Source of the DNA: Vitrella brassicaformis CCMP3155
Taxonomy: Eukaryota; Protista; Chromerida
Length of the DNA stretch: 64,000 bases
Assembly: GCA_001179505.1 (NCBI GenBank)
Contig: CDMY01000384.1
Location: 26,468 to 90,467 of the forward strand
Direction of reading: 5' to 3'
The number at the start of each line of letters is the position of its first letter. The first letter of the stretch is position 1. Below, one piece after another: positions 44,748-56,691 of this stretch. The notes under the pieces are model-generated. The model made no database searches. It was not told the DNA's origin and worked only from the letters and a program-made list of their open reading frames with translations. The translations under genes were made by a program, and so were the position numbers.

Positions 44748-46278
44748 ATGTGTAATTAGATGGATGGCACCTAGTGCACTATATGTGTCCTGGGTTTTGA
44801 CGAGCACAGGGGCTATACGGACAATTAAGACAGATCGCAATACGACGAACGAAGTGATATGTAATTCGACATGACCTTCACTCATATGTCAATGTATTTT
44901 TAAGTCATAGGCTTGTGAGCACTGCCCTGTGTGCGTGTGCATAATTACTTCTTATATAGCCTACCTGCCTGACCGACTTGATCGTCTATTGCATGCAATT
45001 CAGCTTTCCGCGTGTGTGTATGTGTGTATATGTGTGTATACGTGTGTATGTGTGTGTGTATGTCTCTGTGATTGATCAGTGCCCCGAGGCAGCGAGGCCT
45101 CTCCAATCTGTCTTGTCCATCCTCTACCACTACCACTGGATGGATTGACCGGTAGGTATCGATACAGATGGAGCGAGAGAGGTCCACGACCCGCTAATCG
45201 CGTCCGTGCATGTTGTGCATGTGTGTGTGTGTGTGCGTTGACACCTATGCTTGTCCGGCCTGACTGACAGTGAGGGATGGTGAGAACGCAGCAATTGCAA
45301 TTCAGTCATGCCGGACTGCTTTCTGCGGCAAAATCATGATTGATTAAAAGCGACAGTGTCACTCACTCACTCACACCACACACGCAGCGCAATGCATTCA
45401 ATGCAGTGAATCCATCACATCCATGTCATGACGTCATGTATGGTCAGCGTCTCCATTACCCACCTAGGTCACTCACGTCCACCCACCACCAGGCACCATT
45501 CATTAGGCAAGTAAGTACACCCGAAAATTGACTGCTCACTCAAAGTAGTCGCTCGCTCACTCGCTCGCTCGCAACCCCACCACGCACCCACCCCTGCCCC
45601 AGCCATGGATGTGCTTAAACATGCCATCGATCGATCAGGTGGTTGCATTGACAGCCGCCCGCCCACCCACCTGTCTGTCTGTCTGTCTGTCTGTCACTCG
45701 CTCCCTCGTTTAATTGCAGGGGAGGGAAGGAGAGCGTGAGAGACCTCACAGAGTGCACAGAGTGAGGGGACACACAAACACACAGATACACACGCATCGC
45801 GTTGCATGGTTGCCTTCGCCCGCGCCCTTGCGGAACCAACAAAGACAAAGCGGGAGGGGAGGGCAACACCGCGAAAATAAAACGAAAACCATCGCAGGTG
45901 CACGACCAGGCAGGCAGGCCGACCGTGATAGAGAAGACAAGAGCGACGAAGGGAAGGAGAGGGGAATAAATGCGGTGTGTCTGACAGCCTTGCCTCTTCC
46001 TTCCCTCCCTCCCTCACGCACTCCCTCACTCCCTAACTCACTCCCTCATTGTGACAGCCAGACACCTTCAGACAGACACACACAGACCGACCCGCCTCGA
46101 ACCTCTCACCCCCTTTACATACCCAACACACGCACCAAGCCAGGCTGGCTGGCAGGCAGGCAGACATGTGAGCAAGACGGTCAGGCGAGACAGAGACAGA
46201 CAGACAGGCAGACAGACAGACAGATGGGCAACCAAACCACCCTCCCCTCCCCCCCTGTCCCCGGTGGTGGCCGGCCCT

Positions 46279-47299
46279 CTAGCTGCTGATGTATGAGTGT
46301 GTGTCGATTTTGTCGGGCATGGGGCCGATCTTGACCTCGAACCTGGCCTGGATCTCGTTGAGCATGGCCGTGTCGGCCTCGGTGGATGTGAACGACACCG
46401 CCAGGCCCTTGGTGCCGAACCGCCCTGCCCTCCCCACCCTGTGCAGGTACTGGTTGCTGTCGTCAGGCATGTCGTAGTTGACCACGATGTTGACGCGCTC
46501 GATGTCGATGCCGCGACCTAACAACACGCACAGGGGCGGCCGGGTGTGACGTGCAGATGCAGATATGGCCACATGTGTGTCGTCCCCGGTGTCTGTGACG
46601 GTGTGTGTGGCAGCATCCTGCGCATTACCCATGAGGTCGGTCGAGACGAGGATGCGTTTCTCGAATTTCTTGAACTCGGTGTACCTCTTGATGCGCTCCT
46701 CCTGCTTCATGTCGGAGTGTATGACGGTGGAGGGGAAGTTGCACTCGGTGAGGAGCTTGTTGAGTGCCTTGGCGCGCGAGACGCTCTTGACGAAGATGAT
46801 GACCTGGTTGAACTCGAGGTTGTCGAGCAGGTCGTTGAGCTTCCTGTTCTTCTCGCTCTCGGTCAGCTGCACGTAGTACTGCAGCAGGCCGTGCAGCGTC
46901 AGCTTGCTCTCGTCGTCGATGAAGATCTCGACCGGGTTGCGCATGAACTTGCGGCAGACGTCCCGGATGTCGCCCTTGAGGGTGGCGCTGAACATCATGA
47001 CCTGCTTCTCCTGCGGGGTCGCGATGAAGATGTTCTGCACGTCCTTGCGCATGTCCAGCTTGTCCAGGCACTTGTCGCACTCGTCCAACACGAAGTACTT
47101 GAGGTGGTCCACGTTGAGGTGCTTCTCGCGAATCAGCTGGTTGATCCGCCCGGGAGTGCCGATCAGGATGTGCGGCCGCTTGCTGTCGTCCTTCAGGATG
47201 GTCTTGTGCTGCTCGATCGGCACGCCGCCATAGAACTGCACACACACAAAAACACACACACACACACGTTTGTGTCCTCACATGAATCAACACCGTACA

Positions 47300-47333
<34 letters not shown>

Positions 47334-47866
47334 TGTATGTCTGTCTGTCTGTCTGTCTGCCTATCTGCAAGTCTGTCTGTGTGTCACTCACTGACCACGT
47401 CGATCCTGAGGCCCTGTGCGAACTTGCCGAACCGCTCGAACTCGTTCTTGATCTGGTAAGCCAGCTCCCGCGTGTGTGCCAGGACGAGGGCCGTGACCTG
47501 GTTCTTGCTGGCGTCGGCGGTGTCCTTGTTCTGGACGATGTCCCATGAGGCGTGGAGGATGCCGATGACGAAGACGGCGGTCTTGCCCATGCCTGACTTG
47601 GCCTGGCAGAGGATGTCCTTGTTGGCCACGGCGTGCGGGATGCACTCGTGCTGCACCTCCGACGGGTGCTCGAAGCCCGCGTCGTTGATGGCCCGCAGCA
47701 ACTCCTCCCTCAGGAAGAAGTCCTTGAACCCCGTCGCGTGCACCCCGACGTATCCCGCCTTCTCGACACCGCCCTCTGTGCCGTTTTTGGCCTCGGTCTG
47801 GCCCTGCTCGTCCTCCTCATAGTCGTCGAGCTCCTCTGTCTCATTCGCGTTGTTCTGCGGGTCCAT
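46279..47866 (-). CDS. UAP56: DExD-box RNA helicase UAP56/DDX39B/Sub2
   Basis: [43 protein letters not shown], the family-diagnostic [19 protein letters not shown] and [17 protein letters not shown]. Confidence 0.97.
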
Positions 47867-48221
47867 CGCAGCACGCTGATCCGCTAGATCTGATCTCTGT
47901 CACACTTCACGCCAAAGCCGAATCGCGAGCGGAGCACGACTGCACCACACCTGAGGCAAGCGACACGCAACAGCACAACAGTGAGTCTCAGCGATGCGCG
48001 ATTCGCTGGTGTCGGATCTCACCTTAGCTGGAAAGCGTGGCAGCAGACAGAGCACAGCGACGTGACTGTGATGCACGCAGGAGCGAAGCCAAATCCGGAG
48101 CGGGAAAATTGCGAGCTTGGATCTGATCTTTGGCTTAGCTCGCAGAGCCAGAAGGGAGCAGCAGGCGACAAGGGAGGCAGGAGGACGAGAACATCGGCCT
48201 TGCTCACCTTTTTGCCTCGAC

Positions 48222-48935
48222 ATGATCTTTGTTCCCGCTTTCATCGTCGGCCTGGCGGCAGCCCTTCTCCCCATCTCTCATGCCTTCACTGCCTCCCCAG
48301 TGCCCGCCCTGCTGCACTCTAGAAGATCCGTGGCATCGCCGGCCACGCGACGGCAAGTGGCAGCTGACGAGTATGAGGATGTTGTGCCGCGGGTGTTGAA
48401 GCGCACAGAGGAGCTGCAGCTGCTGTCCAAGCTGGCGGAGGCGGGGCTGCTGTCCAAGGCAGAGAAGGCGGGACTGACTTTGAGCCAGATTGAGCCCCTG
48501 CTTAAGGTCGTGGACGAACAATACGCCCTGTATGGGCTGGAGGAGGTCGCTCCGAAGGTGAATAAGGGTGTGAGGGAGAGAGATGAAGGCATGCCATCAG
48601 CCAAACAGGCGGGATCTGGCAAGACAACATCCCAGCATGAATGCGGTGTGGTTGTGTTGACGTTGCAGATTGTCCCTGCGCTTCCTGCCCTGCTCGAGGC
48701 CGCGCCAGGACTCCTCCCTGTGGCATCCGCTGTCCTCTCCACCCCGTGGTTTGTGTTTGTGCTACTCTCCATCGCCTCGTTTGCCGGCGGTGTGGGCCAG
48801 CTGCTGTACCTGCCTGACGACTCGGTCACTTCCGTGGCGCTGCAGACCTTCCTGTTCGTCCCTCTGGCAGTCATCCTGCCCGGCGTGGCCCTCGTGACGG
48901 CATTCATCACTGCAAGGGTGCAGTCCAAGTCGTGA
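48222..48935 (+). CDS. DUF1118-like algal/plant protein with a bipartite plastid-targeting leader (2 exons)
   Basis: Leader MIFVPAFIVGLAAALLPISHA|FTASPVPALLHSRRS has Phe at +1 after the predicted cleavage site. Core LLSKLAEAGLLSKAEKAGLTLSQIEPLL, with two C-terminal TM helices. Confidence 0.7.
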   Translation: MIFVPAFIVGLAAALLPISHAFTASPVPALLHSRRSVASPATRRQVAADEYEDVVPRVLKRTEELQLLSKLAEAGLLSKAEKAGLTLSQIEPLLKVVDEQYALYGLEEVAPKVNKGVRERDEGMPSAKQAGSGKTTSQHECGVVVLTLQIVPALPALLEAAPGLLPVASAVLSTPWFVFVLLSIASFAGGVGQLLYLPDDSVTSVALQTFLFVPLAVILPGVALVTAFITARVQSKS

Positions 48936-49272
48936 GTGAATGCAGAGCCAGCCGTGCCTTGTGGTGTTGATAGATGGGCTGACTGACTGGGTGGTGGGCG
49001 GCTGCTGGGTGATTTTTCTATCGATTCGTCGATTTGATCCAGTTTTGCGTGCGACGTGGGAGGGAGGGGGTGAGGCGCTGACAGCGATGGACGGACGAGA
49101 GGTGAAACTTGCATCATTTGGACCTGTCTGAGAATGAAGTGTTCATGCTTCGATTGTGCCATGTCCCTCGTTCGTCCACTTGTGTACACAAAAAGAACCT
49201 GTACGTATCGTTCAGCATGTCAGTCTGTATACAGGTTCTCCGCCGCTTGTCAAGTGAGCCTCTGTGACAGAG

Positions 49273-50269
49273 ATGCCGATTTTCCTTGCCTTACTGCTGT
49301 CGTTATTGCGGTCGGTTATGTCGCGTTTGGTGGTGGTGAATGAGCGGTCGGGACATCAGCTCGTCCGCCTGACCATATCGGCACCACACTTACAGCATCC
49401 ACCGCCCGACGACACCCCGCGGCTGTGTGTCTGCACCACGCACGCACGAGGACCACCACAGTGTCGTGAAGCGACGATGGTGAGGGCGTTTGGCCGAGAG
49501 GGAACAAACAGCATTGGGCAGGCCGACCTGCTGGTGAGTCGTCGGGGTGGTGTGGTGGTGGCCGTCAAGCACCAGCACAGAGTGACTCTCATGGCACTGC
49601 CGACAAACACTCAACGAGGTGAGCGAGACGAGACACCATCACCGTGTGTGTGTCTGTGCTTCGTTTCATTGATTGTCTTGTCTTGTGTTTGTGCAGGTGA
49701 TGGTGGCGTGCTGTCCGTCGGCCTTGTCATCGAACCACACACCACCCACACCAACACTCACACTATCAGCCTGGTCGCGTCGTGGCGGCTCTTCCGCGGC
49801 CTCATGTCTCGCGCCGATGCCGCTGCCGCCAGCCCGCCCAAGGAGTCAGTATGCGAGGCGCTCCTCACCGTCATGGAAATCAGCGAGGATGAGTGTGCGG
49901 CGGCCTCGCCCGCATCAATTTCGACCGGCAATGTGCTGCCAGCGCCACCGGCCATCGTGCAGAGAGGCGACAAGAACAACACACTGGTGAGTGAGTAACC
50001 ATACTTCGCGTGTGAGTACCCATCGATGTCAGGTTGGGTGGGTGGTCACTCTCTGTGCGGTCGTCACGACGGCGGCACTGCTCTGCTGCTGCCACCGGAG
50101 GTACGCAGCCCGGATGCGGCGGAGAGAATTTCCCTGTCTGTCTGTCTGTCTGTCTCTCACGTGGATGGACTGCAGGGCGAAGGGCAGCAGAACTCAGTCT
50201 GACAGTGTCTGTGACAAGTCGCCGTCCGCATCGCCCGGCGAGATCTACATTTGTTACCGCAGCCAACAG
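49273..50269 (+). pseudogene. Paralog B of the 13453-14624 gene, inverted and apparently lacking the last intron and exon (truncated duplicate or variant)
   Basis: Exons and introns align with paralog A from the signal peptide to ..YRSQQ|gt at 50269. Homology then stops and the sequence becomes the antisense strand of the neighbouring gene. Confidence 0.55.
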
Positions 50270-50279
50270 GTGGGTGTCG

Positions 50280-51628
50280 GAGAGTCGGAGGTGGCCGCGC
50301 GTGTGGGTGTTGCGGTTGTGCCGCATGGCGTGGCGGATGCGCCTCTCGATGGCGCGGGCCTCCTCGTCCTCATCCACCCACTCGTCGTCATCCTCGTCAT
50401 CGTCGGGCAGGGGGTTCTCCTGCTCCCACTCGCCCATGATGGTCTGGAGGTTGTCGGCCGAGAGGTCCCAGCCAGCCGGCACGGAGCCGCTGTCATCACT
50501 GATCCCGAAGAGCGCCGGCAGCAAGCCGAGACACTCGTCAGGATCAGTGATGAGGTACGACTCGGCCTGGACCTCCTCAGACCACTGGAACCTGAAGTAC
50601 AGACCAGCGCGACACACATGGATGGATCAATGGTGGAAAAAGAAAGTCGTTTGTCTCCTGTCTCTTGCTTACGGGTGCAGCTCGTCATCGCTATCCAGAA
50701 GGTCGAGCAGGAAGGGGCGGTAGGTGGCCTTGTTGACATGGCTGCGCATGATGGCGGCCTTGACGCTGTCGATCCGCTCCCCCCACCCGGCCTCCTCAGC
50801 AGCAGCAGCCTCGCTGTCGTCGCGGTCGCCGCGATCGGAGCCGCGCAGCGCCTCCTCCTCATCCTGATCCAGCTCGTGGATCTCGGCGGCGGTGCCGAAG
50901 CGCTCAGGGATGAGGAAGGGGGCGCCGCTCTCCATCTGGATGTACCATCTGCCGTGCTGCTGATACAGGTTGACCCGGCCGTCAACGATGCGAGGCTGAC
51001 GGCCGGTCGCCCTGATCAGCTGGCAGATGGGCACCACGACGACCTGACACCAGATGATGATACACCACTTAAACCTGACAAGCACATAAGTAACGAAGAC
51101 GCCAAGCAATACGTCACATGTGTCAGAATGGCCAGGATACCGCACATCCATCCATCCATCAGATCAGGTGTGTTACCCATCGCCTTACTTTGGGCAGAGC
51201 TTGCAGATGATGATGATTATGTCGGTGAAGAGCCACAAAATATTCCAGTGCTTATTCATCCGGCACTGCCCGTTGGTCAGGTTCAGGTAGCGGAGCACCC
51301 GCGGGATAACGTAGTCAAGCAGGATGGTGTACTGCCGACACACACCAATGGTGGAGTGAAGAGATGCATGCATCGCGCTCACATTGAATCACTGCCCGTC
51401 TGCCACGGATGCATGCCTTACGTGCTCGTTCGTCTCGTGATGCCGGGCGCTGAAGTGGAGGAGGTAGCCGAACACCTCCATGTAGCCATCAAAACCCTCG
51501 AACTTGATGCGCTGGAGGTCGGCCTTTCTGAGCGGCCTCTCGCTTGGGCTGCGCTTGTGCCGGCTTTTGAGGCGGCGGATGGCTACTTTAACCCACAACT
51601 CCTCGTGGGGGTGGCGCTTGCGTGCCAT
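50280..51628 (-). CDS. Hypothetical protein (spliced; 3' end unresolved because it runs into paralog B)
   Basis: In-frame GT-AG exons: MARKRHPHEELWVKVAIRRL.. | YTILLDYVIPRVLRYLNL..CPK | FKWCIIIWCQVVVVPICQLIR..DDELHP | LYFRFQWSEEVQAESYLI..DDDEDDDEWVDEDEEARAIERRIRHAMRH. Confidence 0.6.
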
Positions 51629-52229
51629 TGTGGCGTGGGTGGTTGTGGTGGTGAGGGCAAGGAGGGCCTATTATCACTTGCTGAGGGCCGAGGGCGGGGC
51701 TATCAGATGCTAAGATTGCCAAACGATGCTGGCAGAGAATGCACCACACTTTGCAGGTGCATCTAAACGCGACTTTTGGCCAAGATCGTCACGCGCTGAT
51801 CTCGAGACCTTCATCTGAGGCAAACAAACAAACAAACACGGCAGGAGTGAGGCTGGTTCATCACTGTTTGATAGGCTCTCATTCATATGCAGAGGGGCGG
51901 AGATGCATTGGATGAGTCGACAGTGACGAGCAGATGACCGGCTGGCATCGGCCGCTCAAGCCAGCCAAGACTCGCAAAGTGACTGTCAGCCACCAACACG
52001 GCACGAGGAGGCTGTCAGAGGGTGGAGCGAGAGGCGTCAGCAAGCTCCTGAGAGCCATTGCATTGCAAAGGTAGTCACTCACTCTTTCACTGTACGGGAG
52101 GGTGGCTAACGTGACGGGCAGACACTCAAAGAGCTCTCATGAAGTGTGTTTGTATGTGTACTATGTGTATCTCCCCGCCCGAGAGCCTTCTCGTCACTTG
52201 CACTGCTTTGTCTGTGTGTATCAGGCCGA

Positions 52230-53460
52230 TGGAACAACGCTCACGAGCCGAAACGCATCGCTGGGACAAGCAGAGTGATGGGCGGCGAAGGGCAGGGGCG
52301 GCGGTTGCTTCACATGGCGGCGGAGAGGGTGGCAGACAGTCACAGGTGAGAGGGCGGCAAAGCATGGCCAAGCGGTGGCTGATTTTGCTTGTGAACGGTG
52401 TGATTGTGTTGGGTGATGTGTACAGGATGGTGTCAGAGCGACAGAGAGTCCAAACGATGGAAGCAACCCAACGGCAATCGAGAGAAACAATGGCCACAAG
52501 TAAACAATGAGCAAGATCCGAGATCAGACGATTTCATTGTGTTTTGCTTCGTTGTGTGTGTACAGGGTTCGTCTACGCGTCGAGGGGTGCGTCACGGTCG
52601 TCACCGAAGGCGAGGAGAACAAACGAGGTGCGCACACTCGAGTGATGTATCTGTATGTGTACTGCGGCGTGCTGGGCGTGCGACTGGCCTGCGATGCGCT
52701 CGTCTGCGTGTGTGTGTACACGTGTACGTACTCATTCACTCGTTCACAGCGTCTGTGCTCATCTTGGCTCTCTGTGTGCGTTGAATTGCTCTATGCAGGC
52801 GTGTGTGTATTGTACGCTCAGACATATACGTATACACCGTCGCGATCGGCCTCCCTCCGTCCTCTTCTCCGGGTTCGCAAGTAGGACACACGTGTGCGTC
52901 GATGTCCGGACGTTGCGGCTCGTGTGGGGTGTGTATGTGTGCGTTCCCTGTGTGCAGACCTCTGTCGACCTTCTGCGGCGTGTTGTTCTCGTCACCGGCA
53001 GCGGTGGCCCTTCGTGGATGGTCTGCGTGTCTGTCGATGCGCTACAGTGCTGCTAATGCGATGACCGGCCGCCCATCTCTTCCACACGTGTGACCGACCA
53101 TCCATCGAGTCGAATCTGACGGGGCGTGGCGGATTGGTCTACTGACGAGCGCGGCGTGGTGGGATCTGGCGTGAGGGAGGTGTCCGAGCGCATCGCACAA
53201 GGGCGGCCATGCATCTGCTGGAATGGGTACGCGCGTATGTGTGTGGATGGGGGAGGGGGCGGGAGCAGACAGCCGCAGAGACCGCCGTCAGGTCGATCTT
53301 TCATGTGCCGTGTGTGTGTCAGGGGTGTCTGCCCTCACTTGCTGTTGCCGACGATGGCAACCGCAGCAGACGCATCGATTCTTCCATCTATTTGTGCGAA
53401 CGAAGAGCATCAACTCTGGTCATTGGTGCCGGAGTGGATAGGGCTGGTGTCGGGGAGTGA
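52230..53460 (+). CDS. Possible spliced hypothetical gene
   Basis: Several short AG/GT-bounded exon-like segments (e.g. VRLRVEGCVTVVTEGEENKR; TSVDLLRRVVLVTGSGGPSWM; GCLPSLAVADDG..GVGE*) are separated by microsatellite introns. No family recognised. Confidence 0.3.
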
Positions 53461-53503
53461 AAAGCACGCTAATCCATTCCTCCCACTCCATGTGCATCTG
53501 TTC

Positions 53504-56111
53504 ATGATGACGATGGATTCATATCTGGCGCTCGTGGTGTTTGCAGCATGTCTGCTGACGTTTGCCCATCGTTGCTCATGCGACACGCTGGCCTTTCACC
53601 CTCCTGCGTCGAGCGCTGCCGACTTCGCCAAATCATCCGCATCCTTGCTGAGCGCAAGACGCATACACAGCAAGGTACGGCACGTGTATCTACACGGCCT
53701 GCATATATGTGCACACGCCCTGCACTGCCAGACACTCCGCAGAGAACGTGTCGTGTTTCCTCATCTTTTTGTTCCTGCAGATCGATGCCAGCAGCAAGCC
53801 TCAGGCCAGCGGTGACTCACTCGGTGAGCTCCTAAAGGATGGCATCCACGATTCTATGCCATTCATGGACCGACATCCGTGACGGCATGACGACATGGCG
53901 TGTTGTCCTGTCTCAACTCCCGCAGATGAGTGGGATGCCCGATTTGACCGGCTGTTGGAGAAGAAGGAAGGCTACGCTGTCGGCAGGGGCATCAAGAGGC
54001 TCTCTTTCGGTCTCAGCTGGGAGTGGAACAGAGGAAGGGAGATAGATGTCGACGTACAATGCCTGGTAGGTTGGACTGTGCACGCACTGGTGCATGATGA
54101 AAGTTGCCTCCATCTTTCTCGCTTGGCGTGTGTAGGCGGTGGACGCGTCAGGGCGCATTATCGACGCCTGCTATTACAACAACATGAACGCAAGCAAGAA
54201 ATGGAGGGCCGAATCTCAGTTCATTTCATGAGAGACCGCCAGACTCTGCCTGCCGTTGCGCTATGAGTTAATGTATTTTCACACTCGCCACTCGCTGCCT
54301 GCATAGGCTCTCGGAGGCGCCCTATCCCATTCAGGCGACTCTTTAGATGGCAGGAATGAAGGCGTGGACGAGAAGATACCACTAGGTAGAGCAGCAAAAC
54401 GAGAGAAGCGCCCATCTCGTTCTTGTTTCCTACCCTGACTCAGATAACCGTTGCCTTGGACCGTCTTGGTAACGAGGTATTCGCCCGTGAGTACGAACAG
54501 CAGCTGGTGTGATGGCGAGATATATTTGCAGGTGTCGATGCTGCTTTTTGTCGTTTGCTGCTATTCTGGAGGTGAGAAATCGCAGCCAAATGCTCCTCCA
54601 GCTCTCCATCTTATCTGCGTGTGGCTGTCTTTTCTCTCCTTCTGCTTGTAGGCAATTTCAACGACGTGAGGGAGGGGCTGCTGGAGGTCACTGATGAGAG
54701 CGGAACAGCGAAGAAGAGGCTCGCACAGGTCCGGACGAAGCGCACCTTAGAAAAAACGCACACACGGACGTGTCTGTATCCATTCAAGAATACGCGCATC
54801 CATGTGTCCTTTTTCCGTGCCCCTTTGCAGTATCGTTTGAGTGGCAAGGGGTCACACACAGCAAACATCCTGTGTGCTATGCATCGACCGACTCCCTCAA
54901 GCGAGTGGAAACTTAAAGCGATCGATCAGCCGGCCAACGGTGCTCACTTCATGGACATCCTGGACAAGATCTTAACTGAGATCCGGGCGTACATTCCAAC
55001 GGCAAAGGAGACCAAGCTTGCGTTTGCCATGAGCAAAGGTAGAAGAGCAACCACCATCGGCGTTGATTCGTTGATGGATGCTGGATGGCATGTCAGGTGA
55101 CGTGTTCCTTTCGGGACGTCCCAATCAACCATCGCATGGTGCGAGCATGAAGCGCTGCTCACACCAACGGGCATGTACATGGCATGCTGTCTCTCTTGCA
55201 GTGGATTAGGTGCAAAGGGCACATGTCCCATCCGATACGATATCGTTTGCCTGTGGATCACCAGTAGGATGGGACACTGACTCTGGCAAGGTCGACTTGG
55301 ATGCATCGTGTGTGCTGCTGGACGAGAAGGGCAACGTGGTCGAACCCGTCTACTTCGGCAACCTCGAGTCCAAGAAGCACGGCATCACTCACTCGGGGGA
55401 CAATTTGACAGGTAAGGAGAACCGAAATCTGCCACTCTCTCTTCGGTTGGTCATCGTCTCGTTGCCCGCTCGCACATCAGGTGACGGAGATGGCGATGAC
55501 GAGGTGATTACATGTAGGCTGGACCGCGTCGGACCAGACGTCGCCACGCTCTTCTTTGTCATCAATATATACACACTGGGAAAGACATTCAAAGTGGGCC
55601 GAGACACGACACGAGGAACATTCTCTTCACACGTCTGCGATCCCTGACCTTTGTGTCTGTTTGTGTGCAGCAAGTAGCCAATCCCTTCTGTCGGGTGATG
55701 GATCCCAAAACCGGTTGCGAGTTCTGTCGATATCAGGTGGTACGAGTTCTGTCGATATCGGGCGATGATGGCCACCGCAGATGATGTCTCGCTTCCTTTC
55801 TTTCAGCTGAATGATCCCAGTCTGTCGGGCGCCACAGGTCTCATCATCGCACGCATGGAGCGAGACAGAGGCGGCCGATGGGGGTTCCATGCCATGGGCC
55901 AGCCTGCCAACGGTCAGCAGAACAGAGGACACATTTCTACCTGAAGGAGAAACGGATACATGCATCCCTGGGCGTGTGTGTCATGTCAGGTCGCACATAC
56001 GCCGATTGCGTCGGAGAGATGAGGCGGCTGCAACGTGTCGAGACGGGAAGCCTCGGTCAGAAGGGAGGACAGGGCGGCTTCGAGCTGCCTTTCTTCGGCC
56101 GTTTCCCCTGA
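53504..56111 (+). CDS. Tandem TerD-domain protein with a possible N-terminal signal plus transit peptide
   Basis: TerD motifs: LSFGLSWE..DVDVQC, GWDTDSGKVDLDASCVLLDEKGNVVEPVYFGNL, ITHSGDNLTG|DGDGDDEVITCRLDRV..LFFVINIY and GRWGFHAMGQPANG. The upstream exons join in frame. Confidence 0.8.
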
Positions 56112-56691
56112 CTGATGTGAAGACCTCAGTCTGAGTGACATCCATCATTCAACGATGGCTGGAGAGAGCGGCACGAACTGTACAGTAGCTGTGGTAGATG
56201 CATCGATGATGCGTGAGGGTGAAGGATACGCGCATCAATGCTTCAGAACGGTCGCATGCAAAGTGGAGAACACTTAGATGTCACTGCATTGCTTGAAATG
56301 GACCACCCCACAAACGCCGTCACATGTCTTGACTCACAGAACATGCAAACAGAAAACGTCAGCAGACAGGTGGCCCGCACGAGAGACGCCTGTGGGCAAA
56401 AACGCGGCCAAACCTCTCTCTCGGGCGTAATGTACATGTACGTAGCTCTCCTGTCCTTCTCTCTTAAGCCATGCAGCACGAAAGACATGAAGGCGTGTGA
56501 ATGAGGAGCACCAACAAAAAGGGAAGCATTTCCCAGAAGAGAGAAGATGTCCCCAACGCATCCCCACCGCACAGAGAAACTCCCACTATCCACCCACCCT
56601 CACACACTGGCCACAAACTTCACTTCACTCGCACACGCACCCACACACACAAGACATCACACCCCACCCCACCCCAGCCCCTGTCTGTCGA

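Noticed and set aside
46546-47394. 282-aa + strand ORF opposite UAP56 (likewise 34398-35348 opposite the NRPS)
   Set aside because: Antisense shadows of strongly biased coding exons.
49991-51766. 591-aa + strand ORF
   Set aside because: It is mostly the antisense shadow of the spliced minus-strand gene plus part of paralog B, and it reads through introns. GC-rich sequence gives long shadow ORFs.
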